DNA of 62,138 nucleotides, filler included. It is 4 parts of 4 records of this genome, joined end to end, with 100 filler letters (N's around TTAATTAATTAA, not from the genome) between each part and the next. Parts side by side here need not be neighbours in the genome. Positions count along the whole stretch, not along the records: positions 44,858 to 62,138 come from SRR31156797_12944; 3 more parts are not named here. One strand, written 5' to 3'. Positions 51,494-58,600 of this stretch are shown one piece after another. The notes under the pieces were generated by a model. The model did no database searches. It had not been told where the DNA came from and saw only the letters and a program-made list of their open reading frames with translations. The position numbers and the translations under genes are program-made. Position 1 is the stretch's first letter; each line of letters starts with the position of its first letter.

Positions 51494-52705
51494 ATGTTTG
51501 ACAGTGGTTCAACCGGATTTATGATTTTGGCTACCAGCCTGGTAATGCTTATGACACCGGGTTTGGCATTTTTCTATGGCGGCCTTGCAGGAAAAAGGAA
51601 CATCCTCGGTATTATGATGCAAACCTTTGTATCGCTGGGTATTACAACGATTTTGTGGATTACCATTGGCTATTCGCTCTGTTTCAGTGGTGGTGAAGGC
51701 GGAATCATTGGTAACTTCGACCATGCTTTCCTTCGTGGCATTGCGTTCGATCAGGCCTACGACAATGGCAAGTATCCCATATACATTTTCATAGCTTATC
51801 AAATGATGTTTGCCATCATTACACCTGCGCTGATAACAGGTGCATTTGTTAACCGTGTTACTTTTAAATCGTATTTGATCTTCCTAGTCGTATGGCAAAT
51901 CCTTGTTTATTATCCGTTCGTTCACATGGTTTGGGGCGGTGGCTTACTGGCTCAATGGGGTGTTCTTGATTTTGCAGGTGGTATTGTTGTACACGCTACT
52001 GCAGGTTTTGCTGCGCTGGCATCTGTGTTTTATGTTGGAAAACGACGTGATACGTTCTCACCCCCAAACAGCATTCCGCTGGTAGCTATTGGTACTGGTT
52101 TGTTGTGGTTTGGATGGTACGGATTTAATGCCGGTAGTGAGTTGGATGTGGATGCAATTACCACACTGGCATTTTTGAATACGGATGTGGCGGCTTCTTT
52201 TGCAGCCATTACCTGGCTCGTTGTTGAATGGATCAGAGGACGTAAACCAAAGTTTGTTGGGTTGATGACCGGTGCTGTTGCCGGACTGGCAACCATAACT
52301 CCGGCGGCAGGTTTTGTACCAATCTGGGCGGCCATGCTCATTGGTATTGCAGCCGGATTTGTTTGTTACTGGGCCGTTCACCTGAAAAACAAGCTGGGCT
52401 GGGATGATGCCCTGGATGTTTGGGGTGTTCACGGTGTTGGCGGTATGCTCGGTACTATTCTTCTCGGTGTTTTTGCCTATGAACATATTGGCGGCCAAGC
52501 CGGATTACTTGATGGTAATACTGCATTCTTCTTTAAAGAACTGGTTGCAGTAGTTGGAGGTGCAGCTTATGCATTTATTTTCACTTATATAATGTTAGCA
52601 ATCATCAACTTTATTACGCCGGTTAAGGTAACGGAATCCGATGAAACGCTCGGTATCGACGAATCCATTCATGGCGAAAGAGCCTATGACGACGGCGCTT
52701 TGTAG
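51494..52705 (+). CDS. amtB: Ammonium transporter
   Basis: MTPGLAFFYGG, YQMMFA, HMVWGG, DFAGGIVVH, WFGWYGFN and DDALDVWGVHG; twin His and Phe gate present. Confidence 0.96.
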   Translation: MFDSGSTGFMILATSLVMLMTPGLAFFYGGLAGKRNILGIMMQTFVSLGITTILWITIGYSLCFSGGEGGIIGNFDHAFLRGIAFDQAYDNGKYPIYIFIAYQMMFAIITPALITGAFVNRVTFKSYLIFLVVWQILVYYPFVHMVWGGGLLAQWGVLDFAGGIVVHATAGFAALASVFYVGKRRDTFSPPNSIPLVAIGTGLLWFGWYGFNAGSELDVDAITTLAFLNTDVAASFAAITWLVVEWIRGRKPKFVGLMTGAVAGLATITPAAGFVPIWAAMLIGIAAGFVCYWAVHLKNKLGWDDALDVWGVHGVGGMLGTILLGVFAYEHIGGQAGLLDGNTAFFFKELVAVVGGAAYAFIFTYIMLAIINFITPVKVTESDETLGIDESIHGERAYDDGAL

Positions 52706-52728
52706 ATTTTCTCAGATTTAATTCATAC

Positions 52729-52761
52729 AAAAGGTGTGGGCATAAGTTCACACCTTTTTTT
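52729..52761. terminator. Bidirectional terminator
   Basis: AAAAGGTGTG-loop-CACACCTTTTTT between convergent genes. Confidence 0.8.
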
Positions 52762-53326
52762 ATACATAACGCCTGACTTTTGAGCGGTAATCATGCCATT
52801 GTTTTTGAAAAATTTGCTCCAGGAACCTTTCTTCCTGCAAAATGATGAAATGATGGACAAAGATCCCGATGAGTGCGGTGATGAAATTTATTACGGAGGG
52901 CGCAAAAAGGTTTGATGCAATGGCCAATAAAAACAATCCAAAATACATGGGATTTCGGCTTACTGCATAAATACCCGTTGTTTGCAATTGAATTTCATCT
53001 TTGTTTGGTAGCCCCATTTTGGTATACTTACCCATTTGCAAAACGGACAGGCTTAAATAGAACATGGCGATAAAACAAATGACCACAGCAACCCAAATCA
53101 TCCACACTGCCGGTTGAAACATTGAAAGTTGCTTTCCATAAGCTGCTGCTGGTAGGATGAGTACAGGCACAAAAAGCGAAAACTTACCCGTCATCTGTAC
53201 AAAAATATTCATTGTGGGACGGCCAAAAAGTTCCCTGTTTTGTTTCTTAACCCGCAGTAGCACCGCAAAAAACAATATCCCGAAAAGGCCATACAGGATC
53301 AGGATTATTAACCCTGGAAGTGACAT
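52760..53326 (-). CDS. Isoprenylcysteine carboxyl methyltransferase / PEMT family membrane protein
   Basis: LQTTGIYAVSRNPMYFG, EERFL and YRSKVRRY. Confidence 0.9.
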   Translation of the reverse strand: MSLPGLIILILYGLFGILFFAVLLRVKKQNRELFGRPTMNIFVQMTGKFSLFVPVLILPAAAYGKQLSMFQPAVWMIWVAVVICFIAMFYLSLSVLQMGKYTKMGLPNKDEIQLQTTGIYAVSRNPMYFGLFLLAIASNLFAPSVINFITALIGIFVHHFIILQEERFLEQIFQKQWHDYRSKVRRYV

Positions 53327-53329
53327 CTT

Positions 53330-53833
53330 TTAAACAAAGTCTTTTTTAAGCTGAGCCACCCAGTTTTTTACCCGCTGATCCGTTAGATCGGACTGGTTTA
53401 CCTCATCGATGGCAAGGCCAACAAATTGATCATCTTTCACTGCAAGGGAAATTTCAAAGTCGTAGCCGTTCATGGCCGTATACCCCACAACATCGGCAAT
53501 TTTTGCAACCTGGTGGTGTAGCATACCCATCCCATTTACAAAACTATCGGCCCACTCAACCTGATCACCAATTCCAAAAAATGCCACTTTTTTCCCTGTC
53601 ATTTCAATTTTGGTGATCTGATGGGCAAAATTTTCCCAATCTTCCTGCATTTCTCCAACACCCCAGGTTGAAGTCCCCAGAATGAGGTTCCCATATCGCT
53701 CAAATATCGCTGGTTTTGCTTTTTCAATATTGATCAGATCGGCGTTTTCCGGGCCAAGTTCAGCCTGAATTTTTTCTGCAATTTTTCGGCAATTGCCAAG
53801 CGTAGAGCCGTAAAATATTCCTACTTTTTTCAT
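53330..53833 (-). CDS. fldA: Long-chain flavodoxin
   Basis: IFYGSTLGN, GTSTWGVGEMQEDW, FGIGDQ and GLAIDEVNQ. Confidence 0.93.
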   Translation of the reverse strand: MKKVGIFYGSTLGNCRKIAEKIQAELGPENADLINIEKAKPAIFERYGNLILGTSTWGVGEMQEDWENFAHQITKIEMTGKKVAFFGIGDQVEWADSFVNGMGMLHHQVAKIADVVGYTAMNGYDFEISLAVKDDQFVGLAIDEVNQSDLTDQRVKNWVAQLKKDFV

Positions 53834-53876
53834 TTATCATTTATCCGTTTTGATGAATTTGCATATGAACAAGAAA

Positions 53877-54566
53877 CTATGAATTTGGTTCGCTTTGCGC
53901 TTTGTTTTGATCCGGCCAGAAAAAAAACTTTGCATACATATAGGACAAAGTTTCGTTGACCACAGTTTTGAACCCCCTGCTCGATTTGTACCAACCTCGT
54001 TTTGGAACACTCGGTTGATTTATCACAATATTGCCCAGCTCAATTTCAGGCCTGTAAACCATATCAAAGAGATACTTGCTGCGCCGTGAATGGACGCCTG
54101 TTGATACTATGTTTGCCTTTTTGATTTCAGGACATTTTTTCCTGAGGTAGTTGAAAGTATAAAGCGCTGAATGCCATGTCCGATCCTTAAAAACTTCCGG
54201 TGGTACAGGAACGGCAACAACTTTAGACGAATCAAAACCCAAATTTATCAGGGATTTCCTGATCAGGTCGGCAGCTGTTTTAACACCGGCAATATAATGC
54301 CCCTGGTCAAACGAGGTTCCGGAAGTGATGATCAGTTTGTAGCCTTTTTCATAAAACGTTTCGATGATTCCCGGATAGGCATAATCAGGAACGTAGCCTT
54401 CAACCACCATAATTTTTGCATCGATGGTTTTTTCTGCAGACAGGAACGGAACTATATTTCTCACAAAGCCAGCTACAAGTAAAATAATGATCAGTAAAAC
54501 AAAAGCTTTTCCGTAGATGGTAAGTCCCCACCGTTCACGTTTGATCGCAAGCTGAATTCTTTTCAT
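53877..54566 (-). CDS. YdcF/ElyC-like (DUF218) protein
   Basis: N-terminal TM segment; VVEG, IITSG, DRTWHSA, HSRRS and terminal E..SY.Y. Confidence 0.75.
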   Translation of the reverse strand: MKRIQLAIKRERWGLTIYGKAFVLLIIILLVAGFVRNIVPFLSAEKTIDAKIMVVEGYVPDYAYPGIIETFYEKGYKLIITSGTSFDQGHYIAGVKTAADLIRKSLINLGFDSSKVVAVPVPPEVFKDRTWHSALYTFNYLRKKCPEIKKANIVSTGVHSRRSKYLFDMVYRPEIELGNIVINQPSVPKRGWYKSSRGFKTVVNETLSYMYAKFFFWPDQNKAQSEPNS

Positions 54567-54638
54567 GAATACTTTAGCAAGAATGGATTTTGATTACTTT
54601 CGAACATTGGTATTTGAAAAACAAAATTAATCGAATTT

Positions 54639-55142
54639 ATGACAGCTGAAGAAATCATCCGGAAGCTTAATCTACAACCTTTACCAGGTGAAGGTGGCTA
54701 TTTTCGCGAAACCTGGCGTTCAGAACATATTGTACCCGTTTCGGCCCTGCCTGGAGGCTACAGCACTGACCGCAGTCTCGAAACATGTATTTATTACCTG
54801 ATTACACCGGATAGTTTTTCGGAAATGCATAAACTTCCCGGGCCTGAAATCTGGCATTTTTACCATGGTGACCCTGCAAAGCAAATCCAGATTTCACCTG
54901 AGGGAGAAGTCAAAGAAACAGTGCTTGGTCCGGACATCACCCAAAACCAACAATTGCAGGTTGTCGTTCCCGCAAACACCTGGCAGGGCACACGGTTGTT
55001 GAATGGCGAAGGTTTTGCACTTTTCGGCACTACGATGTCACCGGGATTTGAATTCACGGATTATATACCTGGTAACCAGGCAGAGCTAAAATCCATGCAT
55101 CCGGAACACCATAAAACAATCCAAGAATTTTTTCACACCTGA
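54639..55142 (+). CDS. Cupin_5 (DUF985) family protein
   Basis: LQPLPGEGGYFRET, IYYL, EIWHFYHGDP, VPANTWQ and PGFEFTD. Confidence 0.92.
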   Translation: MTAEEIIRKLNLQPLPGEGGYFRETWRSEHIVPVSALPGGYSTDRSLETCIYYLITPDSFSEMHKLPGPEIWHFYHGDPAKQIQISPEGEVKETVLGPDITQNQQLQVVVPANTWQGTRLLNGEGFALFGTTMSPGFEFTDYIPGNQAELKSMHPEHHKTIQEFFHT

Positions 55143-55154
55143 TCTTTCGAAAAT

Positions 55155-55925
55155 ATGAAATCAATTCAAGAACTTTTTTCGCTGAAAGACAAAACAGCTG
55201 TTATTACCGGCGGGGCAGTTAATATTGGAAAAGCAATATCACAACGGCTTGCAGAAGCAGGTGCCAATGTTGTTGTGATTTTTAATAAGAGCCTGGATGA
55301 AGCCCTATCACTCCAAGACGAATTTTATAAAAAAGATGTTGATGCGCTATTCATTCAATGTGATATTTCCAAAGAAAAGGAAGCCAATAATGCGTTTATC
55401 AAAATCCATGAACATTTTGGTGGAGTTGACGTTCTGGTCAACAACGCAGGGATTTTTGGATTATCGATGCAGGAAGATTTAGACGAAGCCGGCTGGGATG
55501 CCGTTTTTGACCTGAACACCAAGGGATTGTTTTTTTGTAGCCGTGAAGCCATCAAACTGATGAAAGCCAAAAGTGGTGGCAATATCGTGAATATGGCAAG
55601 TATTAACGGGCTTCATCCCGGGTTCGGAAAAACGGCTCATTACGATGCAACCAAGGGCGCTGTGATTGCTTACACAAGGTCGCTGGCTGCTGAAGTTGCA
55701 GGATATAAAATCAGGGTGAATGCGGTGGCTCCCGGATTGGTTGATTCTGAGGGGCTGAGAAAATTTGCCCCCGAGTTGGCTGAAAATGTTGAAAAGAGAA
55801 CTCCATTGAAGCGGATTGCAACCCACGAGGACATTGCCAATACGGTGCTATTCCTGGCCTGCGAAGCTTCGTCGCACATCACCGGCGAAACGGTGGTTGT
55901 GGATGGCGGTTATTTATTGACGTGA
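55155..55925 (+). CDS. SDR family oxidoreductase
   Basis: TGGAVNIG, VNNAG, YDATK, RVNAVAPG and VDGG. Confidence 0.94.
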   Translation: MKSIQELFSLKDKTAVITGGAVNIGKAISQRLAEAGANVVVIFNKSLDEALSLQDEFYKKDVDALFIQCDISKEKEANNAFIKIHEHFGGVDVLVNNAGIFGLSMQEDLDEAGWDAVFDLNTKGLFFCSREAIKLMKAKSGGNIVNMASINGLHPGFGKTAHYDATKGAVIAYTRSLAAEVAGYKIRVNAVAPGLVDSEGLRKFAPELAENVEKRTPLKRIATHEDIANTVLFLACEASSHITGETVVVDGGYLLT

Positions 55926-55940
55926 TTATTATTTTTTGTG

Positions 55941-56015
55941 GTAGATACGCACGGCTGTTATTAGGTGTTGATACGCACGGCCCTGCGTATCAACCAATAA
56001 ATTATGCGTATCAAC
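55941..56015. repeat. REP-like cluster (GTAG/GTTG family)
   Basis: GTAGATACGCACGGC (55941), full hairpin GTTGATACGCA-CGGCCC-TGCGTATCAAC (55967-55994) and an extra half TGCGTATCAAC (56005-56015). Confidence 0.75.
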
Positions 56016-56042
56016 AATAAATCGATATCCAATATTGTACGA

Positions 56043-56684
56043 ATGACAAAATCATATCAGGAAATCCGCAGTGATTACTTGCATGGCAAACTGGATGAGC
56101 AATCTGTTTCCAGTGATCCGTTTATACAATTTAAAAAATGGATGGATGAGGCCATCGAATCCAAAGTGCCCCACCCTACTTCTGTTATTCTGGCAACATC
56201 AGGCAAGGACAATCAACCCAGTGCCAGGGTGGTACTATTAAAAGATGTAACCGAAGATGGTTTTGTGTTTTTCACAAATTACCACAGCCACAAGGGACAG
56301 CAAATGGCAGAGAACCCCAAAGCCGGGCTCACCTTTTTCTGGATGGAAGTTGAACGCCAGATACGGATTGAAGGTACCATTGAAAAAGTGGATGCTCAGG
56401 TCTCCGACCAATATTTTCACTCCCGGCCATTCGAAAGCCGGCTAAGCGCTGCAGTTTCCCCTCAAAGTAAGGTTGTTAAAGATCGCCAAGAACTTGAAAC
56501 AGACAAAGAAAAACTACGCAGGCAACACCCTGGCCAAAAAGTGCCGCGCCCCAAAAACTGGGGTGGCTATATCCTGGAACCCCATTATTTAGAATTTTGG
56601 CAGGGCCGTGAAAGCAGGCTCCACGACCGGATTATTTATGAAAAAAGCAAAATCGGATGGGAAATTAAAAGGTTAGCTCCCTGA
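56043..56684 (+). CDS. pdxH: Pyridoxamine 5'-phosphate oxidase
   Basis: ARVVLLK, FFTNYHSHKG, RQIRIEG, YFHSRP and EFWQGRESRLHDR; the upstream ATG at 56004 falls inside the REP. Confidence 0.96.
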   Translation: MTKSYQEIRSDYLHGKLDEQSVSSDPFIQFKKWMDEAIESKVPHPTSVILATSGKDNQPSARVVLLKDVTEDGFVFFTNYHSHKGQQMAENPKAGLTFFWMEVERQIRIEGTIEKVDAQVSDQYFHSRPFESRLSAAVSPQSKVVKDRQELETDKEKLRRQHPGQKVPRPKNWGGYILEPHYLEFWQGRESRLHDRIIYEKSKIGWEIKRLAP

Positions 56685-56900
56685 TGGTTCTCCAGCTTTT
56701 TGCCTCATCTCTTCCACAACTACTGTGAGTTGTTCCTCTGTGAAGTTCTTTTCTTTAGCCGCTTCTTCCAGGGTGCCCCAGATAGGCTCGCCACAGGCAA
56801 TGCATTTAATGCCCTTTTGCGACAAATATCTCACCGCAAATGGATAGGTATTCACGAGATCTTCGATGTAAATATCTTTGGTGATTTCAGGTTTTTGCAT
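56673..56900 (-). CDS. DUF1858-like small protein
   Basis: ITKD..IEDLV..YP...KGIKCIACGEPIWGTLEEAAKEK. Confidence 0.8.
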   Translation of the reverse strand: MQKPEITKDIYIEDLVNTYPFAVRYLSQKGIKCIACGEPIWGTLEEAAKEKNFTEEQLTVVVEEMRQKAGEPSGS

Positions 56901-57122
56901 TTGAAGTCATTTTTTTATCAGACTGCAAAATTAGGCTAATGCTGCTAATTAGACGATTTGTGGCTAAGTATTATTTTGATGTGCTGAGGTAAATACCAAT
57001 AAATTTTGCTCAAACATGTTTTCACGCAAAGCTTAATGAGCAAATCTCAAAGCAACGCAAAGAAAAAGATATGACCTTATTATTACGTAACTGACTAACA
57101 GTTATGGAAAACATCCCAGTTG

Positions 57123-57231
57123 GTAACTTTCCCTTAACATTTGGTCGCCGTATTTAACCTTATCTTAATATTTTATTAAGGAATCCTTAAATCTGTTTTA
57201 ACCTCTCGTAAAGCTTCTCTAAATATTTTTG
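57123..57231 (+). promoter_or_regulatory. Bacteroidota promoter with an 11-bp-phased TTAA(C) direct-repeat array
   Basis: TAA cores at 57124, 57135, 57155, 57166, 57177, 57188, 57199, 57209 and 57220, then the -7 element TAttTTTG at 57224-57231. Confidence 0.7.
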
Positions 57232-57252
57232 CCATCGAAACAAAACGTCTTC

Positions 57253-57600
57253 ATGAAAAAAGTATCAGTAATTATTGCAATACTAATTTTAGCTACCACA
57301 CCGGCCTTTGCAACCGGTGAAAATGAAGTTGAAAACAAGGCCAACTCCAATGTTGCGGTTTCAATTTCAGGCTCTGTAGAAGATTTGCATACAAGCGAAA
57401 AACTGGTTTGTGCAAAAATTGAGATTGAGGAGCTCGACAAAACCATCTTCACAGATATTCTCGGTAACTATGAAATCCAGGAGATAAAACCCGGAAAATA
57501 TACTTTCAAGGTTTCCTATATAGCCTACAAGGAAACTCAAATCAGCCAAATGGTTGTTTCAGATTCAGAAAAGATTAATATTCAATTGAAACCTTTATAA
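57253..57600 (+). CDS. Small secreted protein consisting only of a carboxypeptidase-regulatory-like domain
   Basis: Signal peptide; ISGSVED..TSEKL..A.I...TD..GNY.I..IKPGKYTFKVSYIAY. Confidence 0.85.
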   Translation: MKKVSVIIAILILATTPAFATGENEVENKANSNVAVSISGSVEDLHTSEKLVCAKIEIEELDKTIFTDILGNYEIQEIKPGKYTFKVSYIAYKETQISQMVVSDSEKINIQLKPL

Positions 57601-57628
57601 TTCATTATAAAAGTTTTTCAAGATTCAC

Positions 57629-57661
57629 AGCCGGTTCTTCAACAGGGAACCGGCTTTTTTT
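57629..57661 (+). terminator. Intrinsic terminator
   Basis: AGCCGGTTC-loop-GAACCGGCT followed by a T-run. Confidence 0.85.
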
Positions 57662-57819
57662 GCATTATATCAGATATAAGTTCACTTTTACATAATAATC
57701 CCATCATAATCCACATCTGGTATTTCAGAATACCACTCACAATTCGTCTTTCTTTTCCTGCTTGTAAATTTATCAGGCATCAAGATAAACCAGCCTGAAA
57801 ATTAACAAAAAAAGGTTTT

Positions 57820-57940
57820 GATAACGTTTTATTAATATTTTATCATACTGTTTTACAGCATCTTAAAGTTTTCATATTAATTTAATGTTACCTGATTATT
57901 AACCTGAGGTTAATTTTTAGATGAATTTAGTGTATATTTG
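57820..57940 (+). promoter_or_regulatory. Second Bacteroidota promoter with phased TTAA(C)-like repeats
   Basis: Cores at 57878, 57889, 57900, 57911 and 57922 (11-bp steps, including gttacctga/ttaacctga), a looser series at 57822-57864, and the -7 element TAtaTTTG at 57933-57940. Confidence 0.62.
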
Positions 57941-57973
57941 CACCATACTTAATACTTAAATACGGAGGCAAAG

Positions 57974-58432
57974 ATGAAGAAGACAGCATTAATTTTAACG
58001 GTCTTATTTGGATTTCTGGGATCCATAATCGCCCAGAACGTAACCTCAAAAGATGGCCTGTACTACGAAGGCGATCAATTATACACCGGTGAGTACACCG
58101 AATATTATGATAATGGTGCCCTTAAAATGAAAATGAATGTGATTGAAGGCAAGGAAGATGGCATCGTTATGATTTACTTCTCAACCGGTTTAAAAAAAGA
58201 ACAGCGCTCCTATAAAAATGGTTTGAAAGACGGAACCTGGTATACTTGGGACGAAGACGAAAACCTCACAGCTGAAGCCAATTTTAAAGATGGCAAGAAG
58301 CACGGACACTGGTATGTATGGGATGCAAACGGTAACAAGCGTTATGACATCTATTACGAAAAGGGCGAAAAGAGCGGCGATTGGTTTATGTGGGACGAGA
58401 AGGGCAACCTGGCCATGGAACGCAAGTATTAA
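57974..58432 (+). CDS. Secreted MORN-variant repeat protein (YwqK-like)
   Basis: Signal peptide; repeated [YF]K.GKK.G.W..WD..GN units; RBS GGAGG. Confidence 0.88.
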   Translation: MKKTALILTVLFGFLGSIIAQNVTSKDGLYYEGDQLYTGEYTEYYDNGALKMKMNVIEGKEDGIVMIYFSTGLKKEQRSYKNGLKDGTWYTWDEDENLTAEANFKDGKKHGHWYVWDANGNKRYDIYYEKGEKSGDWFMWDEKGNLAMERKY

Positions 58433-58559
58433 ACAAAATTAACCCTGACGAGGCGGTGCCTGTCAGGGTTGTACTGATCTGAGTAGAACATCCAATCCAA
58501 ACTCATTTCAGTGATATGAAAAGCCAAAGTCAATCTTTTGGCCTCCAATCTTTAAGTAT

Positions 58560-58591
58560 AAACCTCAATCCTGCCAGATTGAGGTTTTTTT
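58560..58591. terminator. Terminator between convergent genes
   Basis: AAACCTCAATC-ctgcca-GATTGAGGTTTTTT. Confidence 0.82.
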
Positions 58592-58600
58592 ATGCGAGGG

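Noticed and set aside
57020-57066. Degenerate ACGCAAAG repeats
   Set aside because: Probably a decayed intergenic repeat; too short to classify
57974-58432. YwqK-like protein as the antitoxin of a toxin-antitoxin pair
   Set aside because: No adjacent toxin gene; the label reflects only MORN-variant repeats
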